Shown piece after piece: positions 25,200 through 35,623 of a stretch of 64,000 bases of DNA. Under the pieces are notes generated by a model, which did not search any database, was not told where the DNA came from, and saw only the letters and a list, made by a program, of their open reading frames with translations. Both the position numbers and the translations under genes were made by a program. Position 1 is the stretch's first letter; each line of letters starts with the position of its first letter. This stretch comes from an uncultured virus (IMG/VR IMGVR_UViG_3300020049_007132) (lineage: Duplodnaviria > Heunggongvirae > Uroviricota > Caudoviricetes > Crassvirales): the IMG/VR virus record IMGVR_UViG_3300020049_007132; one strand, 5' to 3'.

Positions 25200-25891
25200 T
25201 GTTTCCTAAAGTTTTGGTAGGCTCACCAATTAATGAAAGAAAGGCATATTGCATGGATGACTATTTAACCAACTGTTACAACCTTACATACCCTAACAAA
25301 AAATTTTACTTTGTAGATAATTCAGAAAACAGAGATTGGCATGTTGACAATATAATAGCAAAAGGATTCGATTGTGACTATGTTAATCCTAAAGGACGTA
25401 CAAATCAACAATATATCTGTATATCGCAAAACGCAATAAGGCAAAAAGCTATTGTAGAAAACTTTGATTTTTTAATGTTTATAGAGTGTGACATTTTCCC
25501 TAAAAAGAACATCATAGAGGAAATGGTTGCCTATAATGAAAAAGTAGTTGCTTGCAATTATTTCATTAGGCAACGTGAAAATTCACATTTGCTAAAGACT
25601 GAAATAGAAAAAACAACATTTGCAAATTACACTAACAGAAACATAAATGATGCAGAAGGGTTTTTGGATTACGTGGGGAACAAAAAAAGAAGTTCTATGT
25701 TTGGGTTTGGTTGTTGCCTTATAAGGCGAGATGTTTTTACAAAAATCAATTTTCATGTAAATAATTATGATAGGTCACACGCTGATACTCCATTCTATTT
25801 TGATCTTTGGGAAGAAGGAATAGAACCTATATGCCATCCTGAAATAGTTAGACACATGAATAGTTCATGGAAAAAAGTTTTAGACACATAA
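25196..25891 (+). CDS. Glycosyltransferase (GT-A fold, GT2-like)
   Basis: YFVDNS, FLMFIECD (DxD-like), GFGCCLIRRDVF, HAD. Confidence 0.85.
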   Translation: MMFPKVLVGSPINERKAYCMDDYLTNCYNLTYPNKKFYFVDNSENRDWHVDNIIAKGFDCDYVNPKGRTNQQYICISQNAIRQKAIVENFDFLMFIECDIFPKKNIIEEMVAYNEKVVACNYFIRQRENSHLLKTEIEKTTFANYTNRNINDAEGFLDYVGNKKRSSMFGFGCCLIRRDVFTKINFHVNNYDRSHADTPFYFDLWEEGIEPICHPEIVRHMNSSWKKVLDT

Positions 25892-25902
25892 AATAAAAGA
25901 TC

Positions 25903-26736
25903 ATGGGTAGCCTTATCTGCATGGCTGTACATAGTACAGAAAAAAATGAAAGATTAAAATATACCAATGAGTGCTTACAGTCACTTATGGAAACTGTTGA
26001 TTTTTCGATTCATAAATTAGTCATTAGCGATAATAATTCATCAATAGAAACCAAAGATGCTATAGGGTGTTTTCAGTATGAATTTGGCAAACATTTCCCA
26101 CATGAAAACCTAACTGTGTTTTTTAACAAGTCAAATCTTGGTACAAGTGGAGCAATCAACAAAGCAATAAGATTAAGAGAATCAGGGCAACATATAATCA
26201 AGACGGATGATGATGTTAAGTGGCATTCAAAAGGATGGGTAGAAGAAATGGAGGATGCTATTCAAAGACAACCCTTAATAGGTGTGTGTAACTTAAAAAG
26301 GAATGATTTCGGTGAAAGTCCATTTGCTGAAAATCCTGATTACAGGACAAAACTATTTATGTTGCCACATCAAAAACACCAATCATGGATTGTAGTGGAA
26401 GAACTTAAAGGAAGCGGGATGGGTACGTGTCAAATGATAAATTCGGCATTGCTTGATAAGATTGGATATTATAAACAGATACCTCCTTATGGATGGGATG
26501 ACCATTTGTTAGGTGTTAGGTGTACGATTGCGGGATTTAAAAATATCTTTCTCCCATACATACGAATATCTCACTTAGATACAGGTGTTACAGAGTTCGG
26601 TATCAAAACTGAATTTATTGAGTGGAAACAAAAAGTTGCTGGTGAAGTTTCAGGCGAAGTGGCGAAGTTGATAGATGGCTATACTAACGGCACAATACCC
26701 ATTTATTTTGAACCAAATTTTGACGAATTAATATGA
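25903..26736 (+). CDS. Glycosyltransferase family 2
   Basis: VISDNNSS, NLGTSGAIN, IIKTDDDV, DKIGY...YGWDD. Confidence 0.88.
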   Translation: MGSLICMAVHSTEKNERLKYTNECLQSLMETVDFSIHKLVISDNNSSIETKDAIGCFQYEFGKHFPHENLTVFFNKSNLGTSGAINKAIRLRESGQHIIKTDDDVKWHSKGWVEEMEDAIQRQPLIGVCNLKRNDFGESPFAENPDYRTKLFMLPHQKHQSWIVVEELKGSGMGTCQMINSALLDKIGYYKQIPPYGWDDHLLGVRCTIAGFKNIFLPYIRISHLDTGVTEFGIKTEFIEWKQKVAGEVSGEVAKLIDGYTNGTIPIYFEPNFDELI

Positions 26737-27251
26737 GAACACTAAAAGAAAAGTTGGCATTGCCTATTGTAAAAATAGACCTCGCTTGCGGGCTTAATCA
26801 GCATGAAAAAAATGATGACCACTATATATATATTGATGGTGACAATGCTGATGGGATAGATATTGTATGTGATTGGAACAGCTTACCGCTTGATGATGGC
26901 ATTGCCGATGTGGTTCATTTTAGCGATGCAATAGAGCATATAAAGACATGGGAAGCAGATATTACTATGGGCGAAATAAACCGTATCATAAAGGTTGGCG
27001 GTATCTTTTTCGGAACTACACCAAACAGAGATTATATACTAAAAGCTGCATACGAGGGATTACAAGATGAAGAATGGCTGCACCGAAATTTGTATGGTGA
27101 TGGAAATGGATTTAATCACACTCACTATCAAACATTTACAAAGAAAAACTTGCAACAATTTTTAGAAAAATACGGATTTGGTGAAGTTGTATTTGATAAC
27201 ATTGAATGGTGGATTTCATGGACTTGTAAAAAAATAAAAAATCTAAAATGA
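26733..27251 (+). CDS. Class I SAM-dependent methyltransferase
   Basis: KIDLACG...LPLDDGIADVVHFSDAIEHI...EINRIIKVGG. Confidence 0.85.
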   Translation: MRTLKEKLALPIVKIDLACGLNQHEKNDDHYIYIDGDNADGIDIVCDWNSLPLDDGIADVVHFSDAIEHIKTWEADITMGEINRIIKVGGIFFGTTPNRDYILKAAYEGLQDEEWLHRNLYGDGNGFNHTHYQTFTKKNLQQFLEKYGFGEVVFDNIEWWISWTCKKIKNLK

Positions 27252-27973
27252 GCATACCATGTTTTATTATAGCAAGGGATAGAGTTACGTGCCTAAAAGA
27301 AATGGTTGCATATCTTAATCAACCACAGACAGGATGCTTACCTATCATCATGGATAACAATAGCAGTAATCCTGAACTAATAGCATACTATGACACTAAT
27401 CCATGTATTGTTCATAGATTGACAGCAAATTACGGTAACTGTTCACCATTGTTTAACACCCCACATTGTATTGAAGGACACATAAAACCTGATTTCCTTA
27501 ATGAATATGATTGCAAGAATGGATATATCCTGACTGATTGTGATCTAAAAATTGACCACATACGAACTAATTTTTTAGATACCTTTCGTGAAGGACTTAA
27601 CAGATATTCATGGGCAACTAAAATAGGATTTCAATTAAGAATACATGATTTACCTGATACTGATATAGGACGTGAAGCAAGGGGATGGGAGAATGGTAAT
27701 CATGCACCACACGCATACCTTGATGGAACAAATTTTATACGTGCTGCTATTGATACTACATTCGCAATGTATAGATGGATAGACCCACCTAATACAGCAC
27801 TTGCACATGACTTTGATAAGTCAATACGTTGCGCTGATCTTGAAGCAATACACTTAGGTTGGTACTATTCGGAAAACAACCCGCCACCACCCGATGAATT
27901 GTATTATCTTAAAAACATTAACCATGACGGATTTACGCACTATTCAAAAATGACAAAAACAAAATTTACATGA
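27248..27973 (+). CDS. Glycosyltransferase family 2-like
   Basis: FIIARDRVTCL, IIMDNNSS, YILTDCDL, AAIDTTFAMY. Confidence 0.8.
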   Translation: MSIPCFIIARDRVTCLKEMVAYLNQPQTGCLPIIMDNNSSNPELIAYYDTNPCIVHRLTANYGNCSPLFNTPHCIEGHIKPDFLNEYDCKNGYILTDCDLKIDHIRTNFLDTFREGLNRYSWATKIGFQLRIHDLPDTDIGREARGWENGNHAPHAYLDGTNFIRAAIDTTFAMYRWIDPPNTALAHDFDKSIRCADLEAIHLGWYYSENNPPPPDELYYLKNINHDGFTHYSKMTKTKFT

Positions 27974-28587
27974 TACCATACATAGGGGATATATCTAAAA
28001 ATGATGCAGAAGTTCTAAAGTTCTATGCTGAATTTTCTAACACCGTATTAGAAGCTGGGGTGGGTGGAAGCACACAGGTTATTGCCGCTTACTGTAAAGA
28101 TGATTTTACAGCAATAGAAACGAATATAGATTGGATTCAAAAGACAAGAAAGAATATTGATATACTTGGTATTAATAAGCAAGTAGAATTTGTGTTGTAT
28201 GATGAGTTCATGAATCGTGAGCCTGAAAAAAGATACGATATGATTTTTGTTGACTTGGTAGATCATCTTAGAAAAGATTTCGGTTGTTACTCTTTTGATA
28301 AACTACTTAAACCAGGTGGATTTCAGTTGTGGCATGACCAAAGAAGAACGGGAGATATTTTTAATATGATTGAAGTAATAAAAGGCTATTCGGCATTTAT
28401 AGAAAGCGTACATATAAATTATCGGGAATCTAATATTACAGTTATCAGAAAAAGAAATATGCCAGAGGCATTGTTTTATGAGGATTGGAATGTGATTGAA
28501 GGACGTGAATCATGGAAGCAAGGATTTGGGGATATTCCAAATGAAGAACAAAATAATTTAAAAAAGCAAACAATATTAGCATTATGA
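27970..28587 (+). CDS. Class I SAM-dependent methyltransferase
   Basis: VLEAGVGGST, AIET, YDMIFVD, LLKPGG..WHD. Confidence 0.8.
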   Translation: MIPYIGDISKNDAEVLKFYAEFSNTVLEAGVGGSTQVIAAYCKDDFTAIETNIDWIQKTRKNIDILGINKQVEFVLYDEFMNREPEKRYDMIFVDLVDHLRKDFGCYSFDKLLKPGGFQLWHDQRRTGDIFNMIEVIKGYSAFIESVHINYRESNITVIRKRNMPEALFYEDWNVIEGRESWKQGFGDIPNEEQNNLKKQTILAL

Positions 28588-29510
28588 TAAATGATATTAA
28601 AATTACAGTAGTAGTATGTTGTTGGGCAACAGAGCATTTGTTCAAAAGGTCTATTGAAACGTATGCTAAACAAGATATGAAGCCGTCTGAATGGCAGTTA
28701 ATAGTTGTTGACGACAACGCATTAGGTGATGTGAAAAGTATTATTAAGCCATACATGAACGATATTCAGATTGAGTATATACGATTTGACCACAAAAGAG
28801 GCATGAGAGGCAACGTGATAGGACTTAATACGGCATGGATGTCTGCAATGTCACCTATAATTGCAGAGAGTACACCTGAAACAATGTGGCAACCTAATTT
28901 GGTTAGAACGCTTTATGAATTGCATGAAGGACATGAAAAAAGATTTGTGTCTATGAAAACATGGAACTTTACAAATGAGTTGCAACTAAAAATAGACACC
29001 GTTGATTGGAAAAGTGATGTTGACAATTTGCAAAAAATAGATGGATTTAAAAATGATTGGACTTGTATGCACGAACATAAAACTAATTTCAGAACACATC
29101 AAACTTGTTCTATAAGAAAAAAAACAATGTATGAGATAACCAATGGTCGGTTATTGCCTTTGTATGGGGACTATGGTTCTGATGACCCTAAATATTCATC
29201 ATTTAGAGAAAACAATGGGGTTGAAGATAAATTGGTCATGGATTTCATGCCGTATCACCAATGGCATTTACCGTTTAACTTTTTTGCTTCGTTAGGTCAT
29301 GCACCGTTACTAAATAAAGATAACCATACCACAAGTAATTATATGTACGATAGTAGTGGAGAGATACCTGAGAATGGCACAAGTGGTATATGGGATGGTG
29401 GTAGTAAAGAGTTATTAGGAGAAGAAGAAAAAAAAGATTGGAGAAGGTGGGATAAAGTTTTTCTTGAAACAGGCGGTGATGAAAGATATTTAAAAACCAC
29501 AAACTATTAA
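28584..29510 (+). CDS. Glycosyltransferase family 2-like
   Basis: ITVVVCC, WQLIVVDD, YGSDD, YHQWH. Confidence 0.8.
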   Translation: MINDIKITVVVCCWATEHLFKRSIETYAKQDMKPSEWQLIVVDDNALGDVKSIIKPYMNDIQIEYIRFDHKRGMRGNVIGLNTAWMSAMSPIIAESTPETMWQPNLVRTLYELHEGHEKRFVSMKTWNFTNELQLKIDTVDWKSDVDNLQKIDGFKNDWTCMHEHKTNFRTHQTCSIRKKTMYEITNGRLLPLYGDYGSDDPKYSSFRENNGVEDKLVMDFMPYHQWHLPFNFFASLGHAPLLNKDNHTTSNYMYDSSGEIPENGTSGIWDGGSKELLGEEEKKDWRRWDKVFLETGGDERYLKTTNY

Positions 29511-29513
29511 ATC

Positions 29514-30089
29514 ATGACAAGAGAACAACAGTTGTTTTTAGACCTTGCAAAGTTATTGGAAGTTGAAATAAAAACACAAACAGAACTTGATGGCAGCTTA
29601 ACCATTATAGCACAAGATAAGATTGACCTTAATAAGGCGTATAAAAGTATGTTGCGCCCACAGATCGAAAACAAGATGAATATTGTTAAGCATTTATCAC
29701 TAAAGTCATCAAAAGGAGTTGATGGTTTGAAAAAGTGGTATATGATTGATGAATATTTCAAACAGAAAAGAGAACTATTTGATTTGGAAGTGGAATATGC
29801 AACGTGCGATAATTATATTTCAAATTATTCACAGCATATTGAGTATGGAATGGTTCAAAAAAAGATAGAATTAGAGAAAGCGAATGAAGAATTACCGTTG
29901 CTAATTGAGCAAGCCGAACAGTATCTTAAATTACAAGAAAATATATTTGAGTTCAAAATAAATGCTATTCTTATAGGATGCGTATTTAGATACAAGGAAG
30001 ATTTAACACAAATGTCTGATGATGCAATTATACAGTTTCATAAAGACATGGTTGAATATATCAGTTTCTTAAATAAGGATAAGGAATGA
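29514..30089 (+). CDS. Hypothetical helical protein
   Basis: 191 aa; paralog of 30648-30947. Confidence 0.7.
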   Translation: MTREQQLFLDLAKLLEVEIKTQTELDGSLTIIAQDKIDLNKAYKSMLRPQIENKMNIVKHLSLKSSKGVDGLKKWYMIDEYFKQKRELFDLEVEYATCDNYISNYSQHIEYGMVQKKIELEKANEELPLLIEQAEQYLKLQENIFEFKINAILIGCVFRYKEDLTQMSDDAIIQFHKDMVEYISFLNKDKE

Positions 30090-30128
30090 GATTATCTACA
30101 TTTTCGATAAGATCAAAGAATTTTACCA

Positions 30129-30326
30129 ATGACAATCACAGAAGAATGGAGTAGTATATCAATAGTAAATAAATCAGAAGATCAAACATGGTTCATCTTA
30201 CGATTAGATTGTACTAAAGAGATGGAGAAAGCAGGTGAACAGAAATGTAAAGATCAGTTTGAACAGTTAGTGTTTGAGATGCGAAGGGTAATTGATGATA
30301 GGTTTGGACTTATAAAAAAACAATAA
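30129..30326 (+). CDS. Hypothetical protein
   Basis: 65-aa ORF within the operon. Confidence 0.55.
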   Translation: MTITEEWSSISIVNKSEDQTWFILRLDCTKEMEKAGEQKCKDQFEQLVFEMRRVIDDRFGLIKKQ

Positions 30327-30336
30327 AATAAAATAC

Positions 30337-30651
30337 ATGAAAATTCCTGTAACCAATGAGGCATTGATAATGCTCGATAGTGAAATGCAGTCATGGAATG
30401 GTACGGCACTATACCTACTGTTAAATGGTAAAATATCAAAGTTCTATCAGGACAATGGTATTCGTATAAATTCTGTAAAGCAAAAGCGACTTGATATTAT
30501 CAGGGAGTTCTTAGTTATCGAAGATGGTAAAGTGAAAACAGAAATGGTTGATGGAAAGGAAGAACCGATATTCATTGATACGTTGAGGAAAAAAGAATTT
30601 CAGGATAAGATGAATGAATTTAGTAAGGCTGAAACATCAATGGAAGTATGA
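30337..30651 (+). CDS. Hypothetical protein
   Basis: 104 aa, ATGA-coupled. Confidence 0.65.
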   Translation: MKIPVTNEALIMLDSEMQSWNGTALYLLLNGKISKFYQDNGIRINSVKQKRLDIIREFLVIEDGKVKTEMVDGKEEPIFIDTLRKKEFQDKMNEFSKAETSMEV

Positions 30652-30947
30652 TACATGATGACAGATTGTTTTTTAAGGTTGCAAAGCATTTAGGGATAGA
30701 TGCTAAAGACTTATCATCACTATCACAGATAGAAGTTAATAAGGCATACCTGATGTTGCTTAGTGAACAGATAGAAAATAAAATAATGCTTGTTGAACAC
30801 TACACTAATCAATCACTAATCACAGAAGATGCCGATAGGTTGTTCATGAAAGATGACCTATTCAAACAAAGACGTGAACTACTTGATTTGTGTGTAGATT
30901 ATGCAGCAAAGCAAAGTTACATGGAGCATCATAAAAACATTTCCTAA
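30648..30947 (+). CDS. Hypothetical protein, shorter paralog of 29514-30089
   Basis: Shared LF..AK.L, NKAY, QIENK, FKQ.REL.DL.V.YA. Confidence 0.7.
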   Translation: MIHDDRLFFKVAKHLGIDAKDLSSLSQIEVNKAYLMLLSEQIENKIMLVEHYTNQSLITEDADRLFMKDDLFKQRRELLDLCVDYAAKQSYMEHHKNIS

Positions 30948-31790
30948 TTGAAAGGAGCATACAAAATACGAAGTAAGGTACTTGACAACTTTTTAATTGA
31001 CTTGCTCGAAGAAGGAAGGAAGGATAAGTTTATGCGCCTTACACCAAGTGAGGCAAGGATGGTTCAAAAGCCGAATTTCTTTGCTGAAAAAGCAACCCTT
31101 GACCAAAAATTAACCATAGCACAAAAATTAGGTAAGAGGATATATGTTATCATCACTAATGAGGATGCAGATATTAATGCTCATGAGTTTGCTAAAATAT
31201 TTCGGTACACATTCTTTTCAGAAGAACGCAATGATGAAGCGATAGAATTTATAGATGAAAAAGGGGTGGTGGTGTTTGGCAGCGAATCAATATCACGTTG
31301 GTTGCAGCGAACAGAAATGTTTTTAAATTCTGATTTGTATGAGATAACCAAAGCGATAAAAAGACTAAAAGGGAAAAAGGTTGTCGCTAACTTTGGATTT
31401 CAAAATAGCCAGCATGAGTTAAAAGACCTTTTCATGCACACGATGATGAGAATGTTTTTTGCTTGTTTGAAGTGGAAGACGTTTTTAAAGTTCTATGCGA
31501 TAAACGAAAAAGAGTTCTCTATCCTTTGCATCATTTGGTTATCAGCAAGACCTATGAGCAATGAAGGACTAAGGGCTAAGTTGGAAAACATAGGTGATGT
31601 TAAGGTTGCTGATGTACGATCATCATTAAAACACCTTGCATTGAAAAAATACATTCATGGAGTATCAAAGGAAGCAACCCATGTTAAAGGACGTGCATCA
31701 CTTTGGATGCTTACAGATTCAGGATATGAGTGTATCAATGCTTTCATTAAAAAAGTGTCGCAAGACACAATGACTAACTTATATGAATAA
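30948..31790 (+). CDS. Protein with C-terminal MarR-like winged helix (putative regulator)
   Basis: INEKEFSILCIIW...VRSSLKHLALKKYI...WMLTDSG. Confidence 0.6.
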   Translation: MKGAYKIRSKVLDNFLIDLLEEGRKDKFMRLTPSEARMVQKPNFFAEKATLDQKLTIAQKLGKRIYVIITNEDADINAHEFAKIFRYTFFSEERNDEAIEFIDEKGVVVFGSESISRWLQRTEMFLNSDLYEITKAIKRLKGKKVVANFGFQNSQHELKDLFMHTMMRMFFACLKWKTFLKFYAINEKEFSILCIIWLSARPMSNEGLRAKLENIGDVKVADVRSSLKHLALKKYIHGVSKEATHVKGRASLWMLTDSGYECINAFIKKVSQDTMTNLYE

Positions 31791-32166
31791 GCCTAACTAC
31801 AAAGATTCGCTTTATTATAGATTTGTCCATTCAGAAGGTATGGAAGGGGATTATATACATAGGATAGTATCAAATTCGTTTAGAAAGCAAAGGATAAAGA
31901 GTGTTTCCGCAAAAAACAATGAAACATGGATACAGATGCCTAAATGGATGAATGAATTGAATGGGACTGATATTAGTCCTTTGGAAATAAATCTTAATAA
32001 TGATAATGTTATGTATTTTAATTACTTATCAATAGAAGGTAAGAATTGTATTTTATGGGTTGAAGAACAACTTGATAAAAGCATGTATAAATTTTTGCAT
32101 TCACAGCAAATGCCTGAAATAGAAACGGAAGCAGATAAATTGTTACTTGAAATAATAAAACGATGA
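31783..32166 (+). CDS. Hypothetical protein
   Basis: 127 aa, overlapping its neighbours. Confidence 0.65.
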   Translation: MNKPNYKDSLYYRFVHSEGMEGDYIHRIVSNSFRKQRIKSVSAKNNETWIQMPKWMNELNGTDISPLEINLNNDNVMYFNYLSIEGKNCILWVEEQLDKSMYKFLHSQQMPEIETEADKLLLEIIKR

Positions 32167-32867
32167 ACACTACCTTTTACGAGCGTATTGTTAATTGTGG
32201 TGAAGATGAATCTTTGCGGGATATTTTCAATTCCTTAAACTTTTCAGATGGCTACGGCATCATTGATAGGTTGAAAGAAAGTGATGACGCAAAGGATAGG
32301 ATAATAAAGTACGTGGTGTATTGTTATTCATATCAAAGTCCAATGCTTAAATCAAAGGACGTTACAGAAAACAAAAAAAAGATTTTACATAAGGTTGGAT
32401 TGAGTGGTTCAAAAGTATCGGAACTGATAATTAAAAACCAAGATGAAAACATAAACTACTTCATACGGTGGTGGTTGGAAGTGAATGAAGATACCGATTG
32501 GGCTTTGTATTCAAGTGGGATGGATTTTGTTGCAGATCAGCTTTTGTTTGTTCGTGAAGGATTGCATATAACATACACAGGTGATGACCCGAAGAAAGCA
32601 GCATCATTTATAAAAAACGTAAAGAAAGATTCAGACCTGAAAGCAAAGGCATGGTTCAATGCTGATAAGGCAATAGAGAGGCTTAAAGAAATTAAAAAAG
32701 CACTTGACATAAGGCATGAATTTTTGGAAGGGGTGGTACGTAAGGACGTTCCTGAATTTTTCGAGGGAACAATAAATTGGGCTGAAAGACAAGCAAAGAA
32801 AAACAGAGAAAAACAATACAATGAAAGCCGTAAGAAAGATAGTAATACTGCGCTACAAAAAGGATGA
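32163..32867 (+). CDS. Hypothetical protein (possible terminase small subunit by position)
   Basis: 234-aa helical protein two genes upstream of TerL; function inferred from position only. Confidence 0.5.
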   Translation: MNTTFYERIVNCGEDESLRDIFNSLNFSDGYGIIDRLKESDDAKDRIIKYVVYCYSYQSPMLKSKDVTENKKKILHKVGLSGSKVSELIIKNQDENINYFIRWWLEVNEDTDWALYSSGMDFVADQLLFVREGLHITYTGDDPKKAASFIKNVKKDSDLKAKAWFNADKAIERLKEIKKALDIRHEFLEGVVRKDVPEFFEGTINWAERQAKKNREKQYNESRKKDSNTALQKG

Positions 32868-33420
32868 CATTGAAATCCTAAAAAAGCAAGGACTGATTTA
32901 CCTTGTTGACAGCCATAACAACGCTGAAAACGTATGTTCGGTTGCGGAGATAGTAAGCACTAACCACCCCGATTTTTCAAAAGGAGATCAGGCAATAGTG
33001 TCTTTCAGGATAGGATTTGATGATGACATTCATGACAGGGGACAAAGAAAAGCAAACCAATATCTGATAGAACGAACAGACGAAGGAGATCATATCAGGT
33101 GGTGTGAGGAATACGATGTTTTCGGGGTGATGAAAAAAGGTAAGTTGATACCCAAGCAAGAATATATTTTTGGAGAGATACCACCACCGATAGATGAAAA
33201 GGTAGGACTGTTATTTATCCCTAACAGTTTCAGAAATCAAAAGACAGACCGAAGCAGTTACACCACAAAAGTAAAGGCAATCCATCCAACAACAGCAAAG
33301 GAAACAGGCATCAAAGTAGGTGATACGATTTGGTGTGAAACAAATAGCGATATAAAAAAGACTATATTTGACAATGAATTTTTGGCAATTCCTTTTCAAA
33401 AGGTTGTTGCCTATCAGTAG
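32821..33420 (+). CDS. GroES-like co-chaperonin (tandem domains)
   Basis: LIPKQEYIF...EKVGLLFIP...VKAI...GIKVGDTI, preceded by a second GroES-like segment (FSKGDQAIV). Confidence 0.65.
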   Translation: MKAVRKIVILRYKKDDIEILKKQGLIYLVDSHNNAENVCSVAEIVSTNHPDFSKGDQAIVSFRIGFDDDIHDRGQRKANQYLIERTDEGDHIRWCEEYDVFGVMKKGKLIPKQEYIFGEIPPPIDEKVGLLFIPNSFRNQKTDRSSYTTKVKAIHPTTAKETGIKVGDTIWCETNSDIKKTIFDNEFLAIPFQKVVAYQ

Positions 33421-33457
33421 TTTATCTAAGATTAAAAAAACTTTTTTGTTATGACAG

Positions 33458-35623
33458 TTGCAGATTGAATTACAGTCATATAAGATAGAAATACCTGACC
33501 CACCTTCTAAGAAATATATCTTAGGACACGATAAGCACATTGCAGATCAGGTATTCACCCCTACCTATACTCTTACAGATAAAGAGTTTGACAGGTTAAG
33601 CCACGAACAACAAAGCGAGATAGTAGAGATAGAAAATGAAAGGTGTGCCAATGGGTACTATATGTACATTAATGGTAACGCTACGTATATCCCTCCCGAC
33701 TTCCATTTTTGGATGAACTTTTATACCATTGATGGAAAGAAACCTGACTACATAGAAAATCAAAGAGGCGACTTTGTGTTTTATGAGTATGTAGAAAATG
33801 ACAGTCAATGTTATGGTTCACTTGAACTAAAGCCAAGACGTGAAGGGTGTACTCATAGGAAGCTATCAAAGATGCTTAACAAAGCACGTCTATCTTACGA
33901 TCAGCACTTTGGCATATTATCCAAGACAGGTGATGATGCACAGGAAATGAACTTTGGCAACTTAGTGAAAGCCTATGCACGTATGCCTATATGGATGAAG
34001 CCTACCATATCGGGTGAATTTCCACCTAAGACAACTTTAACATTTGCTACTCCCGCACAGAGGGCGACCATGAAGAATAAAAGTAAGTTTCAGGTATTGG
34101 GTGAAGATAGTCTTAACACATACATTGATTGGGCTAACACAAGTGAGATAGCGTATGACGGTTTCAAGCTGAAATATTTACTGTTCGATGAATCAGCAAA
34201 ATGGACGAGGGCTGATGCCTACAAAGCATGGATTACACACAAGAAATGCTTAGAGGATGGATATGATATTATAGGTAAGTGTTGGATGCTAAGTACCATT
34301 GAAGGTGACGAGGACAAAGATGCAAGCGCAAAGAGTATTCAGAACTTCATAAAACTTTGGAATGAAAGCAATCCCAATGACCGTAATTCAATGGGTAGAA
34401 CTTCGTCAGGGTTATACCGTTGGTTCATCCCTGCACAACTAAGCAAAAGAGGTAAGTCACCACTTACAGGAATACCACTTGTTGACAAATACGGTAACGT
34501 AGATGAGGCAGAGGTATTGAAGCTGATACAGATTGAGATTGACAGCAAGAAAACACCACAGGAGAAACTACTTGTTCGCAGACAGAACCCAAGAACGGTA
34601 CAAGAGGCAATTTCAACAATAGGTACAGGAACGACCTTTGTAAACATTCAGGAAAGACTTGTTGAACGGCATAAGTTTTTAGAGAACTACAAAGGCACAC
34701 CCGAAAGACCTTTAAAATACAGGACAGGACGACTTGAATGGTTGAACAATGAAAGGTTCACCAAAGCGGTATTCAGGGATGACCCAAGTGGACTGTTCAA
34801 CATAGCCTACCTACCAAACATAGCAGGTGCAGGGATGGATAACAAGGTAAAGGAAATTACCGATGGACGGTTCATGCCGTTTAGTGATAGCCCATTTGTT
34901 ATTGGACTTGACCCTATTGAATATGAAGAAGTACAATATGGTGATGGGTCAAAGGCGGGATTTCATGTGAAATGCAAGTACAATATTTTCAACCCCGAAC
35001 TAAGCGATGTGTATTGCCTTGAATACTTAGGAAGACCTGATATTCCTTCATTCAGGGAAGATTTGTATAAGGCAATGTTTCTTTATGGTGCAAGGATTAA
35101 CGTGGAGAGGCAAGCATCAAAAGCACTCTTTGAGGCACTTGAATTAAACGGTATGAAGTCCTTTATCTTAAAACGGCAGTTGTCATGGAACAAGAAAACC
35201 GATAAGGATAAAAGTCCAGGCACTCCAACATCACCACGTTCCATTCAGACAGGACTTGAATACATTGAAAACTACTTTTCACCACCCAACCCCGAACTAA
35301 ACGAAAACGAGAAAGACAACCTTGAATACTTTTGGTTTGACCGTACACTAAAACAATGTATGGATTATGATATTAGAGAAAAGGTTAAATTTGACCTTGT
35401 TTCTTCGATGATGCAGACAGAATTTGCATCACAGTTCTTAGGAAAGCGGTTCATTTTAAAGGCAAGAGAGCAACAAGAAAACAATCTAAGGAATCCAAAT
35501 AGAGCAACACTAATTGATTATTTATACCCTGTTTACGTAAATGGTGAAGTAGTCACCCATAACAGTTTAAAAAATGATAACAACGCCAGACCTCACCGCA
35601 GGACAGCCCTTCAACGTCAATGA
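33458..35623 (+). CDS. terL: Terminase large subunit
   Basis: Walker A-like LKPRREGCT, Walker B YLLFDESAKW, LST coupling motif, nuclease FVIGLDPI and INVE. Confidence 0.9.
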   Translation: MQIELQSYKIEIPDPPSKKYILGHDKHIADQVFTPTYTLTDKEFDRLSHEQQSEIVEIENERCANGYYMYINGNATYIPPDFHFWMNFYTIDGKKPDYIENQRGDFVFYEYVENDSQCYGSLELKPRREGCTHRKLSKMLNKARLSYDQHFGILSKTGDDAQEMNFGNLVKAYARMPIWMKPTISGEFPPKTTLTFATPAQRATMKNKSKFQVLGEDSLNTYIDWANTSEIAYDGFKLKYLLFDESAKWTRADAYKAWITHKKCLEDGYDIIGKCWMLSTIEGDEDKDASAKSIQNFIKLWNESNPNDRNSMGRTSSGLYRWFIPAQLSKRGKSPLTGIPLVDKYGNVDEAEVLKLIQIEIDSKKTPQEKLLVRRQNPRTVQEAISTIGTGTTFVNIQERLVERHKFLENYKGTPERPLKYRTGRLEWLNNERFTKAVFRDDPSGLFNIAYLPNIAGAGMDNKVKEITDGRFMPFSDSPFVIGLDPIEYEEVQYGDGSKAGFHVKCKYNIFNPELSDVYCLEYLGRPDIPSFREDLYKAMFLYGARINVERQASKALFEALELNGMKSFILKRQLSWNKKTDKDKSPGTPTSPRSIQTGLEYIENYFSPPNPELNENEKDNLEYFWFDRTLKQCMDYDIREKVKFDLVSSMMQTEFASQFLGKRFILKAREQQENNLRNPNRATLIDYLYPVYVNGEVVTHNSLKNDNNARPHRRTALQRQ

